From the NCBI GenBank assembly GCA_009103225.1, contig RHPI01002090.1:336370-400369 (forward strand): DNA of 64,000 nt. Direction: 5' to 3'. Of this stretch, positions 37,561 through 50,082 are shown piece after piece. This DNA comes from Chlorokybus atmophyticus (lineage: Eukaryota; Plantae; Mesostigma and Chlorokybus algae). The notes below the pieces were generated by a model that saw only the letters and a list, made by a program, of their open reading frames with translations, was not told where the DNA came from and ran no database searches. The position numbers and the translations under genes were made by a program. How positions within the stretch are numbered: the first letter of the stretch is position 1; each line of letters opens with the position of its first letter.

Positions 37561-39832
37561 TTATCGGTTATATCTATGCAGGCAGCTCATCAACTTGTCG
37601 TGCGGGATGGCATGCACTGTGTGCCCATCTCTGCCCACCATTGTCTCATTGGCGATCATGGAGTTGATGACCGCTTCATCAGTTGCCTGCAATATGCAAG
37701 TTTAGGCTATGCCAATGGAACTTCCCATGTAACGTGACAACGCACATCCGACACAAGGGTCTCACCTGTATGGCAGCTTCAAAAATGGGGTTGAGGTGTT
37801 TATCTGCGATATATGTCAACTCTGTGCGTGCGACTAATTGGTCACTGATGGCAGCCTCATTCCCAGTCGAAAACGCCAAGAATATGTCCCCCGACCCGTG
37901 CGCAGCTATCGAACCCGACCTACCTATCCCCAGGCCTGCTCGCCTAGCTAACCTGCTCCCAACATGAGAACGTCATTTACAGCTGGGGATGTTGTTAACT
38001 TGGGCAATGTTTGAAACTGCACGTACATACAACGGTGGGGTTCACTGACCTTTTCAACTGGTGAGGTATCAGTGGGGCGTCCGTGGCGATGATGCCTATC
38101 ACCGATCCGGCTTCTTCCCGCTTGCCCATGACACAGTTCTCAGTCAAGTGCTTCCCGACCGGCACTCCAGCAACCGTCAACAGCTGTCTGAAGAGATGAA
38201 ATGTGTGAGCGCTGAGCATGTGTATGCACACAATTGAATGGTCAACAAGTGCGTGTCTGCCAGCAAGTGCGTGTGCTGCACTGCAGGCATCACGCACCTC
38301 AAACCAAAATTGGCCTGCACAAACGCCCCAACAGTGTACCGCTCGCTCCCTATCGTCACAACCTGAGATACACATATACACAGACGATATTCATGAACAC
38401 ACGCATGATGCATGGGAAAGCCTACAACATACCCAACATGCAACACAGCCTCTCTCACCCTGGAAGCCGTCCCCGAGCCCCCTTTGTACTCGAAGCACAT
38501 CATGCCTGTCCCGCCACCAACGCTGCACACAAGATGAAGCGTCCACCACTTTACATGACAACAATGTTGTTGTCCACACCCAAGCACACACGCACCTGCC
38601 CTCGTCGATGGATCCACCCCGCGCGCGATCAATAGCTTGTAACACGTGTTGCTCCTTGACGTGGAATCCGTTGATGTCGTTGAGGTAGCCGTCGTACGTC
38701 TCTCCCGCGACGGGGAGACCCCACGCGTCGTCCATCGGAGCCCGCTTCACCATCCAACGCACCGACGCGTCGCGGGCCACGCCGCAGGAGTGGGTGTTTG
38801 TAAGCGTCACGGGCCCAGACAGAAGCCCTGCACACACGACACAACAACAGCATCAACAACAAATGTTTCTGCTCAGTGGTGTCGCTCCCAACAACACGCT
38901 TGTTGTATACAAGCAGGAGCCAGCAATAAGTGCAAGGCATCGAGTTGCTGCCTCAACTGAACCAACAAACTGCTTGCAATGAAAGACTCTGGAGTATCCG
39001 TGTTCACGGAACAATCAGTGTTGTGCACATGCTTGTAACAGCGAAGCCACACATAAAGGATACGTGTTTCTTGCCTGCTTCTTCTATCCATACGAATCCT
39101 GTCATCTCCCCGTTTCCGTTGAGTGAGTGACATCCGGCGAAGCAGGGCGCCGATGCGGAGCGCTCGCGGCCGCGAGGAAGCAGGGCCGTCACGCCCGTGC
39201 GAACAGGGCCCTCGCCAACGATGAGCGGACCCGAACCCTGCACACGCTCGCGTGTTGAGGTCAGTGTCCTTCGTGCATGCACTGGCATATACATACACAC
39301 ACGTGCGCACACACACACACACACTCACTCACGCACATGCACGCACACACACACACACACACACACACATGCAGGTACGCGCACGCGTATATCCTGTGCA
39401 CACACCCTGCACTCTCTCTCGTTCAATGACGGTCTTGAGCATCATGTGCCCAATCTACTCTTCGCAGCCACATTGTCGACCCCCCACACCTACCTCGATG
39501 AGCGTGACGTACCCGACCTCGACCCCTCCCACGTCCGTGATGGCGTTGAGTTCCCCCGGAGTACCCTCGAACGGGACGCCGAGGCGACGGGCGCGGGTCA
39601 GCCCCGAGGGAGTGAACGCGTGCGCATCTGGAAGTGTTGCGGGACCGGACCTTGCATCGACGGGACTGGACTCGGCACCGCTGGTGGTAGATAGATCCAC
39701 GTCCATCCCAGCCAATGTTATTGTTGTTCTTGTTGATGACGATGATGATGATGATGGTGGCGGTGGTGATGAACCGTTGGCATTGGCTTTTGGTGTCTCG
39801 CCCAACAATGGGGACGCCACTCCAGCAACCAT
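37561..39832 (-). CDS. DmpA-like L-aminopeptidase/D-esterase (Peptidase S58, MEROPS P1), multi-exon
   Basis: RARRLGVPFEGTPGELNAITDVGGVEVGYVTL, GPVRTGVTALLPRG, SLNGNGEMTG..WIEEA|GLLSGPVTLTNTHS, LPVAGETYDGYLNDI, GSVGGGTGMMCFEYKGGSGTASR, VQANFG, EAGSVIGIIATDAPL (G|S autocleavage site), HGSGDIFLAFSTGN and ATDEAVINSM. Confidence 0.92.
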
Positions 39833-40766
39833 GGCGTCGCTCTCAACCGATAAAGGAGCAAGTGCAATGCCTGAACTACAGTGCACCACACTACAGAGCA
39901 CTAAACTGTGCACTGACTTGGGGGAGTTGCACGCTGTGCTGTCCTGCACAGCTGCTTGTTCCGAGACTACACAAGCAACTATCAACGTGAATGAAAGCAG
40001 ATCTTGTTGATCAGGCAGCAGAAGGAGGTGTGTTTGAGTCAGCCCATCAGCCTCGTCTTCTTTGCGTTGCTGTTCACAATAGGCAGAGACCCCAAGACAG
40101 AGACTGGGTAGAAAACGAAAGAGAGGAAGAGAGAGAGATTGCAGACTGTCTCCAAGTTGATCCTAGCTCAACAAAGCAGCCATCAACAGTCAAGGCTCAG
40201 TCAAGCACCAGGCGCATGATGCAGGCCCCTGGCTCTTGACGCAATCACGCAAATTGTGTGACAAAGCTATTGCATTGCCTGCCAACAATTGGCAAACTAC
40301 TACTGTGTGACGGCACTCACCCAAACTGCTTGCCTCATCATGACAAAATTTCAGAATAAACTCAAGGCTAGGGTGTGGCACTGACTGAACTTATTTTGAG
40401 AGGGGCGGACTTTTCTGTCCCGCCCAGCGGTGGCCGGTGGACGCGAGGGCTTGTGACCGGCTCGCTGTACCGGCCATGGCCGAGAGATCGGCCGGTTGTG
40501 AAACACGAGGGCGCGTAGCGTAATTGCGATACGCTGCAGCTGGGTTTCGTTTACGCACTGTAGCAGGAGGACAAGACGGCGGCGGTGGCGGCTGCGGCGG
40601 AGCAGGGAGCGGAGGAGGAGGAGGAGGAGGAGGAGGAGATCCTGGTGAATGTGATTGTGTTGATTGCTGCTTTTACAAGCAGGAAGGAGTGAGGGGGATT
40701 GCCTGTTGAGGTCGGGTTGAGGTAGGCGCACGCTGCAGCACTTAGAGCAGTAGCAGCGGCAGCTGC

Positions 40767-42463
40767 ATGGGGAGGGAGGCGGCGACGTCGGGACGGGCGG
40801 GTCGTGCGCGGCTGACGGCGCACGCGGCGTCGGCTACTGCGGGTCTGCGGGGGGCCCTTTCCGCGTTTGACACTGCCGCCTCTGACGCCACGCGCGCCGT
40901 CACGCCCGAGGCGCTCAACGCTGCCGTCGCCACAGCATGCAACGAGGCCACCAAAGGTGGCATTGTGTTCATGCATGCAGAATGCTGTACATCACCTTGC
41001 TTTGTCCTGCTCACATGTAATTGCCATAGTGACAATGTTACCCTCTTTTGAGATATACAGTACTAACCAATTCGCTGAGCAGTAGTTTGTACTCTGACAG
41101 TTCACAGCTGATTGAACTACATGTACTTGTTCCAACAAGTGTTCGCAGCGGGGTTGTTGTGAAAAACCTAGTCCAGCATTGCACAAGCATGCTGCATGGG
41201 TAGCACGCCAACAAACTCAGCATCAAAGTATAGCTGCTGCTTTGTGACCGTGTGCGATTGTTGGTGTGTGCACGCAGTCGGACTTGTATGCAAAGGCAAC
41301 ACAATTATCGAAGAGAAACTGTCCGTTCTGCAAGGCTTTGAAGTCTCCGCGCTGGGCCTCATATCTTTCTGCCACGCTGCCACAGTTCGTGGCGGAAAGA
41401 CTCACTTGCTCGTAAGCCAGCGCATACCATAAGCATACTATCAACAATGCGTCTCTCAACTGAGTCACATCGTGTGAACTGGGCTCATTCGGGCGTTGCC
41501 AGGCTGTTCATTCAGCGGTTGCACCTGTCATTGAAGCATCCGTGCAGCTGGTAACCGCAGCAGCTTCTGAGGAGGAGCTTGAGGGCAACAAGCTCGCCCA
41601 GCTCACTGGTCGTGTTTGGGAAACGGCGGAAAGGGTAGGTGTGTACTAGGGGCCTGTATGAGACTGAGACTCACTTCTCCTGCCAGCAACGCACGTGTCC
41701 TGTTGTTCTGCACTCCGGCCACACACACATCATCAAGCACAACACACAGCCATAACGTCCTATCTGTGTATGCTGCAGCTCAAGAAGCTGCCTTTGGATA
41801 ACCGCACAGCCATCGGGCGCGCTTTGATTGCGACTGCAGCGCTTGTCAAAGACGTCATCAGGGAGTTTGCGGAAGTCACAAGCACCAGCCAGCAGCAGCA
41901 TGATGAAAACCAGCCGTCGTCTACTTCTTCCGCTGCAGATGAAGATCAAGATAGGGAAGAGGAGCTGTCCGCCGAGGAATTGGCAGTCGCGCGCAGCATT
42001 GAGAAGCTACTACACGCTATCAACGCATTGTACAGGTACGTCCAGCAGGCAATATGCACCAGTCAGCTTATCGTATCGTATCGTATCGTAAACATATTTC
42101 ATAAGCGTATGGTACACTCGTATTGTATGCAGGCCAGTGTTGAGAGCGGTGTCCACATGCGACGGGCAGTCGTCTGCCAATGTGGCGCTAATGGAGGAGA
42201 TCCTCGAAGCTCACTACCGGTTGACTGCGGAGGTGGACAACCTGGGCTCGTCCGTGTACCCGCCCCAGCAGCCGGCTGAGCTCCAGCAGCATGCCGAAAG
42301 CGTGCACGACTGCATCGCAGAGATAGTGTCGCTGACGGAAAAGCTCACGTCAGACCCGCCTTCACCCCGCGAGAGGCTCAGCTCGACAGGCCGTCAAGCA
42401 TTGGAGTGTTGTGACCAGATAGTGCATCTGGTAAGGACGCAACTAGTTGATGACCATGAATAG
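40767..42463 (+). CDS. GCIP/CCNDBP1-family helical protein
   Basis: ACNEATK, VWE..., LKKLPLDNRTAIGRALI...LVKDVIREF, an acidic linker, ELSAEELAVA and VDNLGSSVYPPQ match the Grap2/cyclin-D-interacting family pattern. Confidence 0.7.
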
Positions 42464-44093
42464 CATTTCTCTTCATCATGGCGTACAATGTGACACACAT
42501 GTTTGCGTGAAGTATGGTATAAGGTACATGCACGACTCTGCACACAGCATTAGCGCAGTAGGCAAATGTGCATGTCTATATGAGTAGGCGCGTTGCTTTT
42601 GTACAGTATCTGTGTCGCACACATTTATACGCATTTGTGTCGAGCGACACTCATCAACTATAAGATTTATGACATTGCCATTACATTCATAGAAACTCAT
42701 ACCAACTTTTTTACTAAATATGGGTAGTTTTATGAATAATAACAAAGCAACGTCCTTGTATGCACTTTAATCTAACAATATGAATGTCCCAATGTACCAA
42801 CATGTTACAAAGTGCAATCGTGCTATGACATGCAGCCTGTTAGGTAAATACAGACTTATAAAAGCAATCCGTTAATTACCATAATGCTACATACAACAAT
42901 ACAACCCGCACTCTACTTTAAGAGTTGCTTTTTACTTCAACCTTCTTCTTATCATAACAATATTGTCAATGGGTGCATTGATAATTGCATAATTGTATCA
43001 TGACATTGAACCTTATTATCGAAATTTATTGAAGTTAAAGGTCATGTATGAAATCCATGACAGTCAATTTTATCTTTGATAACATTTGTGCCGTTCACAT
43101 AACAAGCAAGAGACTTATGTATCTCTTGTATGTAGGTTTACAACTTGTATACAAACAATTTCTCCATTTGACTGGAGGCACTTCGAACGGAAGAAGCCAC
43201 TTGCTTGAAATGGAAACTCTGATGGCTGCTTGAACCTGTTGTGTGTTATGATTGCCATTAGGTAGTCATGGCCATGATTGCTATGATTGCCTACAGCAAG
43301 CCTCAGGTAGCAGCCACGGTCGATATCGCTTCCTCCCAACCTGAATTCCGAGATCCACATTCTCAACGAAATCCCGCCACGTCAACGGTACACAGGTGCC
43401 ACGCGGCGACCTCACGCTGGCACGCCACCTCCCCGCGCTCAGCAGCTAACCTGACCGCAGTCAGTCCCATTGACCGTGGACAGGTCAGTGGCAGCCACGA
43501 AGCCCAAGCAAGAAAGTCCTTCGGCGAGAACCGCGGTGGGCGCCGTTGGACATCCCGGTGCGAGGTAAAGTTCAACCCCTGTGTTGTGTTGGTCGGAATC
43601 CCCGGTTCGACGACTGCGAGGTTAACTTGACAGTCAAGACTCACTGTGGACGGTGCAGGGCTTCAGGAATCCAAAGTGGACAAGAGCCGTAGCCCGAGAA
43701 CAAGCATACAGCAAGTGCCTGCCTCGAGTAGTGTGAAACCGAGGGGTGTTGTTACTGGGGGCGTTGCGGCAGCTGCGGCGTCGGCGGAGGCGAGGGCGAG
43801 GGCGACATCAGCTGTGGTGCGCTGAGAGACAGGCGTTCAGTGCGTGTTGCGTTTGTGGGACGCTTGGTTGGTTTGAACGTTTTGAGCCGTGTGCATGGGC
43901 TGGCAAGTTGCATGCCATGCAACATGCCAGCGCATGCACTCTGCTGTATTTCGTTCTAGAATTTGTCAATGGCCTGTTTAAAGCAAACAAAAGCGCTGTC
44001 TCCTTTCAAGTTTCACTGTCTACTGAAACGCAACACTTGCTTGCTTCACTGGCAGTAGTGTTTCGCTCTCTGGGGTGTTAGAGTTCCGGCACC

Positions 44094-44639
44094 ATGGGTG
44101 CCATCCACGACTGCTGCGCTATCCTCCTCATCGTCCTGCTGCCCCCACTGGGCATTCTCTTTGTGGTAAGCCACAGGACAGAGCTGTCCTCTCACAGTCT
44201 GTCGATGTTGTTTGTTGAAATATTTCTATGTCGTGAGTCCTGCTTGCAGTCTGAATTTCAATCTGGCATGTGCTGGCTATAATGTGAACCTTCTGTACAG
44301 TATGACACAGGCTTCTCGGAGTTCTGCATTTGCCTGATCCTGACTATCATCGGCTACATCCCTGGCATCATATATGGTAAGCACCTTGTTTTGTCCCACT
44401 ATCCTCCTGCACTGTGCCTGCCTGCAGAGGATATGTTTGAAACGCTGTGCCAGGCATGCAAACCAAATACTGCTTCAGCCGCATGGGTTCTTTGTAGCAC
44501 AGGTTCAGAACTGTGCTACAAAGTTTGTGCTCGTTGACTAACTGGCTGTCATTGCCTGCTCGTCTTTGCAGCGCTGTATGTCTTCTTCACGCATGGCAAG
44601 AGACATACGCTAGGGCCGCACGCCACCGCCACCTACTGA
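44094..44639 (+). CDS. PMP3/RCI2 (UPF0057) small membrane proteolipid, copy 1
   Basis: MGAIHDCCAILLIVLLPPLGILFV|YDTGFSEFCICLILTIIGYIPGIIY|ALYVFFTH...*; 3 exons. Confidence 0.9.
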
Positions 44640-46148
44640 GCAGCCTGTAGTAGTGAGGTATGCAACAACTTGCTTGAAGGCTGTGCAAATTCGGTGAAGT
44701 ATTCAATCCAATAGTGTGTCGTGCGCATTCATGCTCATGTCATTGTTTGGGCAGTGATGCGTGTGGTGACTGAAGACAGTTTTGCGCCATGCGCTGTGTT
44801 GCACAGCGCAGTGGCTGGTTTGCAAGTCTGCAGTAGACATGTCTTAAATTGAGGTAGCGTTTTCAATGTAAATAGCCATTCATTGTGTCGTGTGTGTGAC
44901 TTTAGAGATTGGCCCGCGGCGAGGTGCCGTGTTGTCATGAAGCTTGATAGCGTTGTCAAAGCTCTGTGTGCGCACAAGTTGTGTATGCCATAATCTGTCA
45001 CTGACGCACATGGTCTCCTAGGCATATGACACATGCAAGCAATGTTGCACAGGTACGGTTGCTTTGTTGCGTGATTGTGAATTCTGTACACGCTTGCCCA
45101 CAGGTAATACTAATCATATGTGGCGGCTGTATACAATGCTCTGTCTCTTGTCGGTTGGTGGCTGTTCCTCATTACGAATCAGCATTAGGTGATAGTCCTT
45201 TGATGGTTGCTACCTGATGGGGGGAGTTGTTTGCAAAGTTGTCCGCCCATGCCACTTGCAAACGAGTTTACTCATGTTTACGTCGTAGCATCTCGCAACA
45301 CTTGGCTGCGAAGGATAATCATCCGCAGTAAGCTTTAGAAGTAACCATGCAAGCTGTGTACAAAAAATGCAAGTGATCATGATACATGCAACATGCAAGC
45401 TGTATACAATACATGCGCGAGGCATTGTACAAGAGATGGTAGGAGATGTTAGGCTGAGCTCCATGTCTGTGCGGTACCTACCCTGCGCAATTATGAGCAG
45501 CGCGAGGGTAGGCACAGCACTGAGCAGCATCAGCACAGGTTGTGTTCATAGCACACGACTTCCTAGGACACTTTTACACACAGCTGCCTACACAGTACAA
45601 CACGATGTTGCAGTTATGGCCATACCTATAGCCGCTGTTGCAAGCATGTTTGTACGTGGTGTCGTCTACAGTTTGTTGGGTCATATTGTAGCTAATTGTG
45701 CACATGCACTGCTGCTTTCGTCAACTGCCTCTGTGGGTTTGCTGATGGTATGGCCACTACAACAACTGAATTACATGGGAGCAGTGAGTTCCTGAGCTGT
45801 TAACATCTCGCAAGACTACTGACATTCGTACAATGGTTGATGGTCAGCCTTTAAATGCTTTCAAGCATTGCCCTGGCATACAGCTTGGCCCGTCCTTCTT
45901 TCGCACCGTGCACGTCTGCTTGCGTCGTGCACAGCTTCTCATGCATGCAGCCACAGATAAGCACATCAAACACATATTTTTGTGATTTCAAACACTTCGA
46001 GCGCCAGACAACGCCATGCTATCACAAGTACTACACCGTACCATACGTACTTGCTTACGAGAGCCTAAGCTGCATGGCTCCATGCAATCAGTCACCAGCG
46101 GAGAAGCCCTGCTTGGCGGCGGCGGCGAGCGGTGCACAGGTTGTAGCC

Positions 46149-47316
46149 ATGGCGACTCAGCAGGTCAGCTCCGCCAGCAGTAACGCAGACAAGCCTAGCA
46201 GCAGTCATCACGACGACATGGCAAGCTCGAGCAACCAGCAGCAGCAGCAGGATCCGGAAGCTCAGCAGCAACCCCAGCAGCAGCAACCCAACCAACAGCA
46301 GCAGCAGCAGCAGCAGTCCAGGCGTCAGCTTCCGCCTCACTTAAAATGCTGGAGGCCCAAGGTGGAGATGGAGCTGAAGCAGGGGGACGACAAGCGCGGC
46401 CCGCGGTTGAGGCGCCGCTGCGGGCCATGCAATCCAGGACTAGACCTGGAGGAGTGGATCGTCTTTGTGCTAATCGCCGTCTTCCCACCCTTTGGCATCA
46501 TCTTTGTGGTGCGTATGCGTGCTGCGTATGTACTTGCATGCAAACGCCACAAGCGCACCCATGCATGCCTGCAGGGTGGCTTTGCATGTGCCAAGCTCGC
46601 CAAGTACAGCCGAGTGCTCAGTTCGTTTGCTGATTGAGCGTGCATGGTTGCCTTAGGTTGTGCTTGAAGATGGAAAGCAGTTCTTGTTGCATGCAAGCAC
46701 CTGATACTGCTTGATGCAGCCTGGCGCTCACCTCGAGGAGTTCTGCTGGTGCGTTCTGCTGACGATTCTGGGCTTCATCCCGGGCATCATCTACGGTACG
46801 TTACGCTGCCGCAGAGGCTAAGCGTGCCTCTGCAAACTCACCCAGTATCGGTGTTCACCACTTGTGCCTGGCAGTGTTAGCTATTAGCTGTCAAGGCAGC
46901 AGCGCTGTCACAGCACGGTGCTGCTATGTCAGTGTGTTGCCGTCTTTGCATGCTGGACTTGGCACTCAGCAATACGCAATAGCGTTGGAGTGGTGCATAG
47001 CTGAGCACTCTTCCAACTGGCACCGACTTGATTTCGTGATGAAGATTACCAGCATAGTATACGTAATACCACGCGTGCACGCACGCGTATCATGCAGTGC
47101 AGACAGATACTGGGGTGAGGATAGGAATATGTGTGTTTGAGTCTACCGCACACGTTCGCTAGCACGGTGCTAACTCAGCGTTCGACACACACGTGCGCAG
47201 GGTGGTACGTATTCTTGGATCGCAGGGAGACTCTGCCTCCCGAGCTGAGGTACCTGGAGGAGGACAAGCCGTTGACGCCACGCATGGCTGCTGTAATATC
47301 TTCCAGCATCGTGTGA
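46149..47316 (+). CDS. PMP3/RCI2 copy 2 with long poly-Q N-terminal extension
   Basis: MATQQ...QQQQ...LIAVFPPFGIIFV|PGAHLEEFCWCVLLTILGFIPGIIY|GWYVFLDRR...SSIV*. Intron positions and phases are the same as copy 1. An in-frame upstream Met near 46074 is an alternative start. Confidence 0.85.
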
Positions 47317-49111
47317 TGAGCCTCAGGCTGAGGTGCGATTGAATGCGCAGCATCGCACCCTCAGCGCAAAGCTTGGAGCTGCCGCTGTCTTAGTGTACGC
47401 CTTGTGTATGTGACGTTCAACGTTCAACGTTCAAGCTAACGCTGTTGCTACCACTGGCGCACAAGTGGTTCAGTGTGCCACCAGTGGTACACTGCGACTT
47501 GATGCAGTGTACGTTATGCAGGTGTACTTACCGCTCATTGTGTTGCACATCAGCAATGCCGCATGCATGGCATGCATGACGCTATGTACCACATGTTGTA
47601 TAGTTCTGTTACGGTTGACAACGTCAGGTATGCAGTCAGTCATCAGCATCTTGTAAGTGCTACATAGCAGTCACTATGACCACTCTGGTTGTGTAGTAAT
47701 AATTGTAAACACGCGTTGTTTGTACTTTGAAGTGCTCAAGAAGTGCATGCACCTGTGTTTTCATGCACATGCATGCATGCATGGTTCACGGGGTTGGGAC
47801 ATAGGAGTAGTTTGTAAGCCAAGTGAGTAATTAGCCTGGTGGCGGCTGTATGACTGAATGCCAATGACTACACATGTTGCTGTGACATGCATGATGCATG
47901 TGCACTATATGCATGCTGCGAGCCATCACCCCCCCTAAGATCTTTGTGCACAAGTCCATCACATGAATGTGAGTGCAATTGTATCAGCTAACAAGATGAG
48001 TGTATAGGAGATAGTATGCTAGATTAATCTAGCATACTATACCAATTGGTAGCACGCATCAATGGATCAGTAATGATGCATTGGTTGACATTGTATTATA
48101 GGATGTGGCATACACATTTGATCTACAAGATGTGTACGGCCAATTGTTAATAAAATTTTGAATATCGTGCACACCCTTATGCATTGTGACAACATCATGT
48201 GTTATAAACACGAATTGTTTATCGTTATTAATGTAAGATCTATGTGTGCTTAAATGTTAAATGTGTGCCAAATGGTACACACATGTTTATAAACAATCTA
48301 TTTATCATGCTATGCTTATATAATATGTAGCATGCCAAGCATCCATCAATCGGATTGCATTTATACATATATTGCATCTACATCAAGATAAAATTCAGTG
48401 ACCCCAAACCTGCGTGCAATTGCATTGATGTTTAACAATTTGTTTATTACAATCATGCACATGCGCCAGGCAATACAACAAAAACTTGTAATAAAGCAGA
48501 ACATAAGTCATATATTATTTTAATCATGAAATATGGCATATGTGTGCATACATGAAAAATCTTTGTTTTACGTATTATAAAATGTGTAAGCATGTATCAA
48601 CATGTAAATATGTTGAGAATCTCACAATTATATATAAACATTAAATAGTGAAAATATTATAATAATATACGCTTATATAGATACACGTAATCACGAGACC
48701 ATGCAGGGAAATTGTTATATTAACGTACCTGTTTTTATTTTGCAGCAAGTACATTGCTGTTTGCAATTGCCCACTTCATGCGCAAAGACCCGTGTTGTTT
48801 TGTATATTATATGCGTAAACTTATTTCTGCGGATTTGTTCATAAAAATTTCATTACTGCAATATTTATTCAAAAACGACATGAAATGTACATGCCATGTA
48901 CATCACAGTGTGATGGAACCTATTTATTGTATATCCTATGTCATACAACATGTATGATATAACATAATACTTTTGAGTAACCACTCTACTCGATTGAACA
49001 CCAACTTGCTGTCTGTGTTCATCAGCGATGATCACAGGAAGTAAAGTGATAGAGATAGCGCTTGTGGCCATAGTTTTATATCTTTAAAATTTAGCGGTGT
49101 GCTGCAACACC

Positions 49112-49184
49112 TCCTGCGTAGTCTAGTTGGTTAGGATACTCGGCTCTCACCCGAGAGACCCGGGTTCAAGTCCCGGCGCAGGAA
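49112..49184 (+). tRNA. tRNA-Glu (CTC)
   Basis: Acceptor stem TCCTGCG/CGCAGGA, D-arm GTCTAGTTGGTTAGGAT, anticodon loop CTCTCAC, T-arm CCGGGTTCAAGTCCCGG, and TTTT about 10 nt downstream. Confidence 0.97.
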
Positions 49185-50082
49185 GACGACACCTTTTGGT
49201 TGCTCGGAAGCATCCCGAGCCGCCATGGTCACGTGACGGCTCTGCGCACTCTAGGCGTCATCCCCCTGGATTGAGAAAGTGTTTTTTCTTGGCGGTTTCC
49301 GTTACGCCGCTGCTGCTGTTGCATCATCCGCGGCAAATGCGGTGACGCTGGGCGCACGCTGTGCCCGGCCGGGCATCGTCTGCAGCAGGGCATCGCAGGG
49401 CAAAGTCATCCTGCTGCTCTCCTCGCTCGCCAGGCCAGGAATCCGCCACACCAGACGGCGGCAGAGGCGGCGGTTGGAGGAGCAAGAGAGTATCTACTTT
49501 GTGCACTACCTCACCCTTTGTTGATTCACATTACCTACCTGTTTCACATCACCAGCTGGTTCTCTTGACGCTGTTGCCGGGAGATCCAGCAGGCGTCAGG
49601 AGGACGGGGGGAGCGACTGAGTGTATCTGAGGTATGCGCAGCTGCAAGACGGTGCTGCATACGTGCAATGTGATGCGTATGCATAGCATTCACAGCTCCA
49701 CAGAGCGTTCTGGCTATGCTGGATCCACCAGATCTTGTCAGGAACAAGTTCAGACACAGATAGAAAGCGTTTGCAATGTGTGCAGCAGTGCAGCCAGCGG
49801 TGTCCTCTGTAGCGTGTTAGTGTGCACATCATTGGAGCGACAGTGTTGCCAAGTGGCATTATAGCTTCTTTGCAGGCTTAAACAGCACTATCCTATGATA
49901 CATAAATACAATCTGTATCTGCTACCAATCAACCAATACATCGCTGTACCATCGGCTCGTATTTGACAAACGCCTGCGGTTGCAGGAAGCAGTGCTTGAC
50001 TGAGAACAATCACTTACGCGCACACATCTGGACCTGGTGAGGACTCCCTACTTGCGCAAAGGGCGCGGTGCTGTGGTCAGCA

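Noticed and set aside
39050-39065. GTATCCTT (perfect U12 5' splice consensus) on the minus strand in a DmpA intron
   Set aside because: Using it gives phase 0, which shifts the frame against the conserved GLLSGPVTLTNTHS exon. The upstream GC donor keeps the frame.
45210-45536. Minus-strand ORF with a signal-peptide-like start between the PMP3 copies
   Set aside because: No family motif, and the plausible splices end in early stops.
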